64,000 nucleotides of DNA from NCBI RefSeq assembly GCF_006345805.1, contig NC_042997.1:68200001-68264000 (forward strand), written 5' to 3'. Shown piece after piece: positions 40,618 through 52,804 of this stretch. Under the pieces are notes generated by a model. The model was not told the origin of the DNA. It saw only the letters and a program-made list of their open reading frames with translations, and made no database searches. Every line of letters begins with the position of its first letter. The stretch's first letter is position 1. This DNA is from Octopus sinensis. Lineage: Eukaryota. A program made the position numbers and the translations under genes.

Positions 40618-41173
40618 CCTTGTTCGAAGGTTATATGGATACAGTTTGTGTATCAAATAGCTAACTTAAGGCGATGGCCTCATGGAGCTAATAAGCGGAC
40701 AGCTTTTTTCTTATTTTTATAAGAATGCCATATTAGTATGGCGATAACTATTATTTTCCGGGAACGCTGCCGCTGTTCTCTTTTAGAGAGACTTAGTTAT
40801 TTTAATATTTCTATTATTGAAAACAAGTGGATGTATTCCACCGAAACTAGGTAAATAAAACCATCGAACAGAGATTGTCGGAAGCGACACCTACTGGCTG
40901 GCTACGCTGCATTGAAAAGGGGCAATACCCTGAAACGCGTCTGTAGCTGCCGGTCAAGTAGTGTGGAGCGACTGACCTCCCTTGTTCGAAGGTTATATGG
41001 ATACAGTTTGTGTATCAAATAGCTAACTTAAGGCGATGGCCTCATGGAGCTAATAAGCGGACAGCTTTTTTCTTATTTTTATAAGAATGCCATATTAGTA
41101 TGGCGATAACTATTATTTTCCGAGAACGCTGCCGCTGTTCTCTTTTAGAGAGACTTAGTTATTTTAATATTTC

Positions 41174-41179
<6 letters not shown>
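40618..41179 (+). mobile_element. Retrozyme-like / Penelope pLTR-like element: 1.55 copies of a 362-bp unit within (TA)n
   Basis: The 200-bp direct repeats 40618-40817 and 40980-41179 differ at one base (ccggga/ccgaga). The spacer contains an HHR. Confidence 0.8.
40906..40947 (+). ncRNA. Minimal type I hammerhead ribozyme, U3-A8 variant
   Basis: Stem I GCTGCA/TGTAGC, core TTGAAAA, stem II GGGG-CAATA-CCCT, GAAAC-GC-GTC with palindromic ACGCGT. Predicted cleavage after 40941. Confidence 0.75.
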
Positions 41180-41215
<36 letters not shown>

Positions 41216-41397
41216 TAAGTAATTAAGGGTTTAGCAACGATTTGCCTCACCACACACCGAATTTAGAAATAGCAGCCAAAGAGTTATGGCCATTCTTTCT
41301 ACTTAAAAGAGAGATCTCAGTAAAACCACAGCACTTAAAAGGCAAACAACGCAGGCAGAAGAGAAAGAAATGACGACAATCATACTATATTAAGTCA

Positions 41398-41489
41398 CCT
41401 ACGGACGTACGTTTCGAAATTAAGTCTTAGGAAAGCATAAACAATTAAATAATTATGTCTTACCCGACTATTTTTCTCATCAGCGTAGG
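41398..41489 (-). ncRNA. Type I hammerhead ribozyme with extended stem II
   Basis: Minus strand reads CCTACG-CTGATGA-G...(about 60 nt)...C-GAAAC-GTAC-GTC-CGTAGG. Perfect 6-bp stem I and palindromic stem III ACGTACGT. Predicted cleavage between 41404 and 41403. Confidence 0.88.
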
Positions 41490-41694
41490 ATTCTACAATC
41501 ATAAATGATTGTGTATTTAAATTTGGAGGCACTAGAAGGCATCACCTCAACTCATGGTATCAGAGCGATCTTAAGCCGTGACCAGTACCACCAAATTCAA
41601 AGTGTGAATGACAGTATGTGTCACCATCCCCCTCCCACCAGCGTGCTGCCAGAATAAGATGCTGCGGCTACTTACTGGGATAAATATGGTTATC

Positions 41695-41775
<81 letters not shown>

Positions 41776-42225
41776 AACTACATGACATACGTGAGGTTGG
41801 AAGAAAAACGCTTTATTAAAATGTTCAAACCTGTTCTCAAAGGAAATAACAACAATAATATAACAACCAGTTAATGATGTGGATTAAAAGATATCTCTAG
41901 CATATAAATATAAACAAGTTACAGAATATCGGTACGCCTGTCAAACCGTTATGTTTAAGCTGCGTGCAGATTGGTAAAAAAACAAAAAAAAATTCTAAAA
42001 ATTCAGTTTGTTGGAGCGTTCTAAGAGGTACCAAAGTTGTCAAGAACTCAACTGTCGGTTAAACACATTTGAAATTTGATGATTAGACTATGTATGAAAG
42101 CGCTAATTTAACTTTATGAGCATTACAAAATATTTTTTAACGTTAAACTAGTATAATAAAAAACGTGAAAAGCACTCCATGTTTTAACTTTATTCAATCG
42201 ATATATGTATATATGTATATATATA

Positions 42226-42353
<128 letters not shown>

Positions 42354-42369
42354 CATGCTGGACCGCTGA

Positions 42370-42550
42370 AATTTACAAGTTGTTTTCATTCTCTCTCTCT
42401 GTTTATTTTCCCTTATTACTTTCTGCTGAAGAGCGTAGGCTCAAAATGTATATGACATTTTCATTTTTCGCAAGGGTCAAACTAATACACTTACTTATTG
42501 TTCATATATCTGTCTTCGACTTTTGTTTTTCCTATAGATTTCAACTATAT
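42370..42550 (+). mobile_element. Penelope-type terminal repeat (GTAG family)
   Basis: CTGCTGA-A-GAGC-GTAG-GCTC-AAAAT-GTA at 42423-42450, with downstream family sequence. Confidence 0.65.
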
Positions 42551-42619
42551 ATATATACACAGATAGATAAACATATATCATATATGATATATGTGTGTGT
42601 ATGTGTGCGTATATAGGTA

Positions 42620-43930
42620 GATAACTAGATAGATGAAATTTACAGAAAAAACAAAAGACGAAGACAGGTGTATAAATAACAAACAGGTGTATTAGTTTAA
42701 CGCTCGGGAAGGTGAGAAAATCTTTTACGTCTCGAGCCTACGCTCTTTAACAGAAAGGACCACAAGGAAATAAACAGAGAGAGAATAAAAGAAAAAAACT
42801 TTTGGTGCTAGAGGTCAATCATGGCGGCTGGCTGGACAAAGGTAGTTAGACAGGAGAGCTCGGAAGAAGGGGAGATAATAAAGTATTGTTGAACCCAAAA
42901 CGAAGGTGCGCGTGCGTGTGTATGTGAGAGTGTGTAAGTGTGTGCGTGTGGATAGGGGCTGATGACTTTGACGTGTGGATGTGTGCATGTGTGTGTGCGT
43001 CTGTAATGTGTGGGCGTGTGGATGGTGGTGTGGGTGCTAGGTAGTGGTCAGTGTTTGTGTGTGCAGGGTAGTGTGATGTAGTGTGGGGGTGTGTGGTGTG
43101 GTTTGGCACGATGTGGAGTGGTGGTGTTTGGTGTGGTGTGGCGGTGTTGGGTTATGGGGATGCGAGAGTGGGGTGTGGGGATGTGACAGTAAGGTGTAGG
43201 TTTAGGTTAGGGATGCGAATGTGGGGGTAGGGGTGGTGTATGTTGGAGTGGGATGTGTAAGGGTGGATGTGAATGGAGGGGGTATCGATGAAGGTAGAAA
43301 GTAGGTAAGAGTGAAGAGAGAAAGTAGGTGTCAGGGCAAGTGAGGAGAGGTGGGCAGGAGAGAAGAGAATCGTGTGATGAAGAGAGGAGAGGAGGGGAGT
43401 CAGATGAAGAGGGGAGGGGAGTTGAGCCCATGTGGCGCGAAGGAGCGGAGAGAGAGGAGATTAATTCCTATTCACGGCGAAGGTGGGAGTCGGGATGGCC
43501 CCTGTGCAAATACAATCCGAACACAGACAGGTGTTGTAATGAATGATCGGTAGATTCGAAATGGTGCGAGACCGGGGTGTCATTGCCAAGTCTAATGTCT
43601 CGGAGGTGCTTCCGCGAAACGGTCAGCCAAACGGCGTCTCGTTTGACCGATGTACAGAAGATAGAAGAGCAGGAGATGCAGTAAATGATGTTGCTGGAAG
43701 TGAAAGAAAAGAAGCCACTGATATGATAGGGACGATGATGGGTTCCTGTGAGGATGGTGGTTTTGGAGAAGTAGCGGGTGTGTATTTTGGAGAGACCGGA
43801 GCGAATGGTAGCGCGTTTAAAGCAGTAGGAATTAGTACGGAGTATGGGTGGGATGGCTGAAGCAGAGTGGAGAGTGGGGCGGAAATGGAAAGTATTTGAT
43901 ACTTACTGGAAGGTATTTGACCTAAATGGC
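42620..43930 (-). mobile_element. Penelope-like retroelement, 5'-truncated: GIY-YIG endonuclease remnant, low-complexity 3' region and terminal repeat
   Basis: At about 43420-43760 the minus strand reads, with frameshifts, TSSNIIYCISC..YIGQTRRRLADRFA(E)HLRDIRLGNDTPVSHHF..HSLQHLSVFGL. HHR-like motif at 42722-42757. Confidence 0.85.
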
Positions 43931-44671
43931 ATTCGAACACCAGGTCATCTTAAAACAAGCCAAGAATTTTTCTCTTTGTTTAGATGATTCAGCAAGTCTT
44001 CAATCTATCTATGTTTTGTCGTTATACATAACTCCTTCCTCTCTACTAACATTTCAAAATCTAGTGGTAATTTGCGACACAGTGTATCTTATTGTCTTCA
44101 ACAAGCCTCAACAATACAGAAAGGTATCATACTTCATTTCATCAACAGATTTACAATTCTTTGATGCTTACTGCTAGTACAGCTCTCCTTCCCTGTTGCC
44201 TGTGTAGTACTAGTCGGATACCAGCTTAAAAGTGTGACTTAGTTTGCAAATAATACAATTTTTCTTAAACTCCTTCCTTTTTGCCTGTAGTTTATTGCGT
44301 CTATAAAGATCAAGGTGTGAGCCTGTTCTCTATTTTTTTCAGTTGATCGACTATGGCTCGATTGATTAAATGTGATTAAACTATGGAACTAGAACCTCCC
44401 AACATGTATCGGTAACATGTGTAAATCTTAAATGTATAAAATCAATTATCTGTGTGTATATTGCATATGACCCTGTATCAACATACCAATTTCATTTCAT
44501 AACCATACTCTGAATCTACAAGTTTGGCTGGTGACAGCATGTTGAGATCAGATTATCCGGACTCCTACATCTATCACTAGACATATTTCTTAGCCTGGTA
44601 TATCTTCATCTACACGGTATTTATGAAGTGTTTTTCTCTTGAACTGTTAATCCCCTTTTATTTTGAAATGT

Positions 44672-44766
<95 letters not shown>

Positions 44767-44779
44767 CACACATTTATTT

Positions 44780-44945
44780 AGGCGCAGGCGTGGCTGTGTG
44801 GTAAGAAGCTTGCTTCCCAACCATAAGATTCGGGATTCAGTCCCACTGCATGAAAACTTGGGCCAATTTCTTTTACCATAGCCTCGGGCCGACCAAAGCC
44901 TTGTGTGTGGATTTGGTAGACGGAAACTGAAAGAAGTCCGTCGTA
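44780..44945 (+). mobile_element. SINE family B, 5' half
   Basis: aggcgcaggcgtggctgtgtggtaag...gaagtccgtcgta. Confidence 0.85.
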
Positions 44946-46844
44946 TTTATGTAAGTATGCAAGTAAAGGAGAGTGGAAATGTATCAAACAGAATTTTTTA
45001 AATAAGGTACCTGAATTTGAGCATCTCAAAATTAGTATCAAGATAATAGTCACCTCACTACAAAATGTCACTATGAAGTAAAATATGAAGTAAAATAAAT
45101 CACAATACTTAGAAACACACATCAAATAAACTTCTGGTATTTGTAAAGCTTTTTCAACTAGAATTAACTAAATACAGTTAGTTGCACAAAGCAGTGTTCA
45201 ATAATACAATGATATTTAACATATTCATGTACACTTGATCCTTACATATCACAGCTGTCGTTCTAATAGGAATTTATTAACTTGCTAATAGCTATCCATG
45301 CTGCAAAAAACTATGCTTTATCCGTTAATCAGTATAATATGAGCCGGCTCGTCACATCTAAAGCATATAGTGACGGCCGTAAGTGCAAATCAAAGCCACT
45401 AGTAACTGCCTACTTAATGGTTATTTCCTGATATAATAGTTGTTTATAGGGCAATAGTTGTTTATAGGCCCAGATCGAAAATAGCTGTACATATAAAACT
45501 TAAATTGGAGATACAGAAATCAACTTCAAAATGAAATTTTATCTGCGCAAAAATTCTTTCAAATTTCTCGGAATTTAAATAACAAAACATGTATAGCAGT
45601 TAGAAGAAATTGGTTCTATCCTTTTCAAATACCCAGTGGTCTCTTTTGGAAAAAAGAAGCCCAAAAAGGTATGGATCCTGTCAACATTCTATAAAATGCT
45701 TATTGCGCTTAAGAGAAAATACTTTATCCTGTTTCAAGTTAAATCTGCCTTGAACCGGAAATATGAACTATTCATAAGTATTCTTCTAACTTTCTAATTT
45801 CGAAACCTTTGCAACTGAACGATTAATTTTAACATTACCACTTCTCACCATTTTACTCTGTTTGCTTCTCTATTTTCAGCATAACTTCGAATTTGTTGGA
45901 TACTTTTTCTGTTTTTGTAGTACTGAATTGTTTTCTCTCGGCAATTATATTCGATCTATATAATTTTATAAGTGTTTGAATTTATCCTTTTATCTTTTAA
46001 TATGAACTTTTATCGACCAGGATACATGTTCTTTATATTATATTATTGTATTTCATTTTATATTGTCATTCATATATTGAAATTATTACTCCTACCTTGA
46101 AATAATTGGATTGATTTTTTAAAAAATATCTCTATGCATATATTTTTTCTGTCTTTGTATATTTCAAAACTTAATTTCGTACGTTTTATTTCGATCGGCT
46201 TTATTCTATATCAATGTGTTCATGGTCTGGCCATTACCTTCTTGATTTATTTAATTCTTTAGTTATCTAATTTCTTTATCTGTTGCATGCTTTCTAGTAG
46301 CTTCATCCCTTTCCTGACTATCTGTATGAGGTGCAGGTTGTTATTTGTTACTAAAAGGTACTTTTAACTCTCATCTCCTTTTTCTTTGTCTTCTTCCTTG
46401 TTTTTCCCACGTTCACCTTTCCTTTTCCCTTCTCTTCTTTTTTCTCCTTCTTCTCAGATTGTGATGTTTCTCTCTCTTCTGTTTTCCTCAATGACTGCGG
46501 TTCCACCTCCCTTGTAGTAAGCTAATTTATTTTGCTAATTTATCTTCGGATTTAGTGTTTTACTTTTTTGCGGAACACATTCATCCTTGCAATTTATTAA
46601 TATCTTGCTATTTTGATTTTTATCTCTTACAACATATTTATCTTTTAGTCTAGATTTTTGAAAAGGCTATTTTAATTCACTCTTTTAACTCGCTTTACTT
46701 ATTTTGTCTGTTTCCACATGTATGGAAAATTTATATTATCCAGTTTTTAATTCAAATTCGATCGCTTATGTTTTTTCTTTACGGTCAATCGTCTACCATC
46801 CAACGGACTTCTGTTGTATTGTAATGATGGTTTTAAATTTTGCC

Positions 46845-47038
46845 ACAAGGGCAGCCATTTTGGGGGAAGGGATGAGTCGATTACTTTGACCTCAGTGTTT
46901 CACTGGTACTTAATTTATAGACCCCAATAGGATGAAAGGCAAAATCGACCTCAGCGGAATTTGGACTCAGAATGTAGCGACGGTCAAAATACTGCTAAGC
47001 ATTTCATTCAGCATACTAACGATTCTGCTAGCTCGCCA
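46845..47038 (-). mobile_element. SINE family A
   Basis: Tail, core and head (ggcgagctagcagaatcgttagt) on the minus strand. Confidence 0.85.
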
Positions 47039-47199
47039 CATTATATTGTATAGTAATAATGACTTGTTCATATTAGTGACTTGTAGGGACGCGGTATTTC
47101 TTTGTGCAACCATAATATATTATAAAATATATTAAACGTTTTTGTAAGTTAATACCGAGTTCTACTGTCGTTGCAGTGCGCTTTACATCACTGATTTTG

Positions 47200-47620
47200 G
47201 TACAACGTTTCGTATCCGAGACGTCAGATGTACACAAACAATGAGATTGAAGATGGAAAAAGGTTAATGGACATATATGCCATATTTCGAGAGTTTTTAG
47301 CTCCTTCATGTGTCTAATCCGGTGATGGGTCCATCTTCCAGTTCAATAACTGAAACGTTTCGATTGCATAGGTCTTGGAAAAAATCTGTCATCTCGAATT
47401 TAAATACTGAGTGCATTTATTTGAGCCCATAAAGATGTGTTCTTTCATCAATACAGCTTCTGCTTTTTTAGTTGACCTGTTAATATATGGCCTAGATCTC
47501 TTTGCGATGTTCCACTTGATGATGTGGGCTATATTACTGCCCTTTAGGTTCTAGATATGACTTGCTAGCTTTCTGTTTTTCTTTTGTGTATGTACTTGAA
47601 AGAAGAGTGGTGGTTGGTTT
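47200..47620 (-). pseudogene. Penelope-like GIY-YIG C-terminal fragment with decayed HHR-like motif
   Basis: The minus strand reads, with frameshifts, NHHSSFKYIH..LASHI..LKG..IIKWNIAK..PY....LNSR..IFSK. ctgacgt...gaaacgtt lies at about 47205-47230. Confidence 0.7.
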
Positions 47621-48407
47621 AACGAAATAACCTGAAAATAACTTTTTGAATTCAAATAATAATACTGTTAGTTAAGTATGGTTTTGTGCTAATTAAATCT
47701 GTTACCTCAAAATTAACACTAATATTAGTACTTAGTTCGTAAAATGCCAGTTAAACTATAAAGCAAAAAATTCAAAGCAAAGTTATTTGTTGCACTTCCC
47801 ACTTTTAGAAGGAACTCAACCCTTCTAATTTATTTTCTGAATTTTGCAAACTTTCAAGAGAACTTTTTGTTTTTGCGGTTCAATGAGAGTAACCAAAACT
47901 GTATCAAATCCAACTCTACAGTTTTTAAAAGAAAGAAAGCCCTCACTTCTTGCACAATGTAACAGTAGATATATAATAACTCTGGAAAAATAGTGTGCTC
48001 ATGATTTCAACGTATTTGTTAGTCAGTCCACTATATGAGGATTAGCTTGTAGCTAAACAACATGTCCTATATCAAATTGAGGCTACTTTTCTTCACGTCA
48101 GTAATTATTTCCAGTACGTCTTAATATGCACATAATCTTCTGATACTTATGAGTTTAATAGCTTCATAAATACATAAAGAATACAGTGAAACAGTTATTA
48201 GCCACGTGGAAAACTGTAACAAACGACGCTAATCTTCACAAAAAGCCTGATATAGTAACCCTTGTATTATAAAAGAGAAGCAGATGTCTGTCTGTTTGTC
48301 CGTCACGCCATCTACTAGAGTGAGAGAAAGAAAGTGAGTAATCAAAATGGACGTCATAATGTATTTTTAGAAGGGAAATAGAAAATGTTGTTGAGAGAAA
48401 TGCAGTG

Positions 48408-48456
<49 letters not shown>

Positions 48457-48839
48457 GAGTGAGAAAGAGAGAGAGAGAGAGAGTAAGAGAGAGAGAGCGT
48501 GCGTATTTGTGAAAGATTGATAGATAGACAAATAGGTATTGTTATCACCATAGTAACTAACAAGTTTTGATTTAAAACGCGGGAATTTTCAATGCAAGTC
48601 TGACAAAAAAAAAAAAAAACACGACACAGCTTCAAAAACAAAAGATTTTGATTATATAATAATATAGATAGTTACTTTTGGGTTGTTTGTTTATGTGTGT
48701 GTGTGCGTTTGTGCGCGCTTGTGTTTCTGAGTCTGTGTGTGACTGTGTTTTTGCATGTTTTTCAACATAAAGACACCGCAACAATACTTTAATAAAATAC
48801 TTTCACTACAATGATAGGTGAGAGAGCGAACGAGATGGG

Positions 48840-48882
<43 letters not shown>

Positions 48883-49249
48883 CGTGCGTGTGTGCATGTG
48901 TGTGTGTGTGTGTAAAAGATAAATAGACAGATAAGACTGTTGTCACCATAGCAACTTTCACTATATAACAATCTACTATTAAAAGAAGATACGTACATAA
49001 TTAACAAATACTTTTCCTGGCAGCGTAGTGACGATTAAGGCCTAGTAAATATAATTAGTCACATAAGTTAGAGGTCGTTTTAAATGACCGAGTGTTTTTC
49101 GCCGTTTGCAATGAAATAATATTTTAACATCAGTCCCGAAGAAAGCAGTATTGAAACTTACTCCAGTTTTTGCTTTGAAAATTTTGTATGATGAAAAACA
49201 ATGTTTGATGTGTTGACACGATGAATGTTATGGGATATTACTCTATTAC

Positions 49250-49421
49250 AAATTCGAATTGTGCAATAGAAGCAGCTCTATAGTAAAAAGTATATCAGTG
49301 CATTTAATATAATGCATATGTATCTTTGAAGAAAACCGCAGCTTCTGGCTGCATACATTATGTTCTATTGAAAAAAAAAACTTTTCACTATAGAGCTGTT
49401 TTTATTGCATAATTCGAATTT
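49250..49421. mobile_element. MITE-like element with 42-bp inverted arms
   Basis: 49250-49291 versus the reverse complement of 49380-49421: 38/42 identical, all differences transitions. No clear TSD. Confidence 0.75.
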
Positions 49422-50159
49422 ATTTCGCTTACGCAGCGCATTTTCAGACCAGTGTATAGTTTACAATCTGTAAATCTGTAAATACTTTAGACTAGCTGAA
49501 TCCATTTCATTTTGGCAGTGACACGATTATGTGTCTATTGATTAGCCACAACATCGGCTGGGACAATTCCGTTTCGCCTAACTCTGAAGTACATTGAGCT
49601 TTTACAAAGGGATTTTTCTAGAACGAAAACTGCTACTTCTGGCGCTTTTTAACTACGCACTTACATTAAGTATGTTATGTTACTACTTTTATATATTTAA
49701 GCTACTATTAAGGTTACTTTACACTGTAACAATTCAAGCCAAAAAACATAACCAGTATTTCAAGTTAAAGGCTTAATTAATTTCAGCAAAACATGCGAAG
49801 AATATACCTTCGTTTTCTTTTTTGCTTTTGTGTTTTTAATTTTTTGCAGAGTCTTCGAAAATCTTTACTTCTTTTTAATAAGCAGATATTGTTCACTTTT
49901 GTTTTCCACATCTTGCGTAAACATTCTTACAAGGCATTTTGGTTGTTCGTTTTCACTGATAACTTGTATAAAGGTTTTCGTTCATTTTAATAAACAGATA
50001 TTTCGCTTTTGTTTCATTGTCATCTCACACAAAAGAATGAAATACTGAGAAACACGTCACCACTTTTCTATTTCCTTTGGGATAACGCAGATAACAGGAA
50101 GTTATTTCTACTGAGCTTTTCAGCTGTATGGGAAATAGCAACAACGAACGATTTTCATC

Positions 50160-50822
50160 TTTATTATCATCATCATCAACATCATCATTATCATCCTAAT
50201 CACCACCACCACCAGCAACGGCACTGCCACTGCCACCACTCCCCTCCACTATCACCATTGCCACCACTACCACAACCTCTACTGCCATCACCAACACTGT
50301 CCCGCTGGTGCTGTTCTTCTTCTTCTTCTTCTTCTTCTTCTTCTTCTTCTTCTTCTTCTTCTTCTTCTTCTTCTTCTTCTTCTTCTTCTTCTTCGTCTTC
50401 GTCTTCTTCTTTTTCTTCTTTACTGCTACTATAATATATATACCTGTCTTTTTTATAACAATCATTACTATAACTATTTTTCAGCATATCTTCCTCCTCG
50501 CGCCCTCCTCTTCCTCTTCCCCCTCCTCCTCGTTGTCGTCGTGGCTGCCATCAGTGAACGCTTGATACATTAACGACTACAAAATCGATCGATTTGACGA
50601 CTATTCTTTGAGAATTTTTCAATTAGAAGTTGTTTTACAATCTTTTTTTATCAACTGCGAGAATTTCCTTTATATCAGTAAGGTGTTGATTATAGCAGTA
50701 GCATTTGTAGTAGTAGTAGTAGGAGGAGTAGTAGTAGTAGTAACAACAGCAGTAGTTGTATAGTAGAAGCATTATCATCATCATCATCATCATCATTATA
50801 ATTATTATTATTATTATTATTA

Positions 50823-50894
<72 letters not shown>

Positions 50895-50970
50895 GTAGTA
50901 GTAGTAGTAGTAGTAGTAGTAATAGTAATAGTAGTTACTGTTGGGGTCGTCGTCGTCGTCGTTATCGTCT
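50160..50970. repeat. Compound trinucleotide cluster (CAT, CAC, CTT, GTA, ATC, ATT, AGT, GTC)
   Basis: Includes (CTT)n at about 50313-50400 and (ATT)n at about 50790-50893. Confidence 0.95.
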
Positions 50971-52075
50971 TTTTTTGATATTAAGTCATCAAAATTGTTA
51001 TTTTTTCAATTCTGTTATTCTGAGTCCCTTTCTCTTGCTTCTCAACACAAAATGAAATTGTCCCCATTTTCGATGAACTAGTTTTCTTTCAAATTTGCCA
51101 TATCTTATTGTTCTGTTCCAGTACTTTACAATGTTGAAAATGACGTTGGTAAATTGCGTTTTTGCTATTGAGCAAGTTGATTTCAAAATCTCTTGTGTGG
51201 AATGCACTGGAATAGTTTTTTTAATTTGCTTAGTTCTGCTTGAAGTAAAAGGCTGAACACGGCATTAGAGGTTAACTAAACATTCATTAATTAAATTTTC
51301 CACCACTGCATGTCATTATTTTTGATAGGATCGACTCAATGATAAATGACTGTTTAATGATGTGATTAGGCATTCAGTAAAGTACTATTTTCCCACCTTT
51401 CGGTTGGTCGTCCGACATTTTAATCTTATGCTCAACAAAGATCCATGTTCCCAGATTGGTAAGCATGATGTGCAGCTTGTATAGCTATGAGGAGGATATC
51501 TGCATGAAAATACATTTTCAAGGATGGAATACATATTTTCATGCAGATTCTTTCAGCTGCATGGAAACTAACTGCAACTAACGATTTTCACCTTCATCGA
51601 TTTTCACCTATCCTCGTAATCAGCATCATCAAAACCATCAAGATTTCAACGAACGCTACAACCATCACCAGCAGCACCGCTATCACCACCATCAGCACTC
51701 CCACCACCACCAGCACTGCATGCACCACCACCACCACCACCAGCATTGCATGCACCACCACCACCACACCACCACCACCACCACCACCACCACCAACACA
51801 ACAACAACAACAATCACCACCACCACCGCCGCCACCGCCACCAGCCTATTTTTTCCCCCAACCGTTTTCATCAGGAAAAGAAGGGCAATGCCTTTATATA
51901 TTTTTTCAGAGCCTCTAGGACTGATAGTAGGAAAAGGAGAAGTTATCCTTAAATTAATAGGATGCCTGTCTCTAATGCCGGCAACAGATCTAATTGTATC
52001 AAAAGTGGTGATATTTAACGGATATTTAACGTCAGAATGCAACTACCATAGTCCATCTTTTCCGACGCTCTAGCA

Positions 52076-52423
52076 CAGGGGTTCTCAACTATTTTTTATG
52101 TATGGACCCCTTCGATTACTATTTTATTCTGGTGGTCCCCATCGCAATTCGATGTTTAAAAACTAGTTTATAGAAACTTCTTCCAAAATTCCTATTTTGT
52201 TTTTCACACATTAATTTGTGTGGGTTGAGCTATGTAAAATTTTAGAAGAAAGAAATCTTCCTATTTCTTGCAATACATACCAATACAGACATTTAATGCA
52301 AAATTTCTCCAGGTGCCCTTAAAATACTATTGTGGGTCTCCAACTTACTGTTTTGTTGTGTGGGCGCAGAAAAATCTTATATAGACCCTCAGGGGCCACA
52401 TGGAACCCAGTTGTGAATCACTG
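52076..52423. mobile_element. hAT (Charlie-like) MITE with 8-bp TSD
   Basis: TIRs caggggttctcaact / agttgtgaatcactg. TSD ctctagca (52068-52075) / ctctaaca (52424-52431). Confidence 0.85.
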
Positions 52424-52804
52424 CTCTAACAATTGCACACATGAGACTGGTATTGTGTAGAGAGAGCCTTCAGCCAGCTATTTCAAGGAAGCAGAGATCT
52501 ATGTTGTAGCAGTCGAAGAGGCAGAGAGGAAAAACATCGTGTCTGTTAGTTTGTGTTGCGACATGTTGTGAGAGAATCTTTACCAAGCAATGGGATGGCT
52601 TTATTTTGGATGTAGTCTAGGAGGTTTATGCGAATAGCAGCAGCAGCAATCCCCTAGATGCCTGAGCAAACTTGTGGCTTTTCCTAGTTTCGGAGATTGC
52701 GATTAAGCTTTGTAAAAAGCAACTGTTATGAACCGAAGTAGTGAGATTTTCGATGATGTTTGGAAAAATATAAATATAAAATATGCATTCTTAAAATAAG
52801 TATC

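Noticed and set aside
45560-46690. A-rich minus-strand segment resembling a decayed LINE ORF
   Set aside because: No recognisable RT or endonuclease motif in the frames I read.
48262-48320. Helitron-like 5' end (gtattataaaagagaagcagatgtctgtctg)
   Set aside because: No TC start and no identifiable 3' hairpin/CTRR partner.
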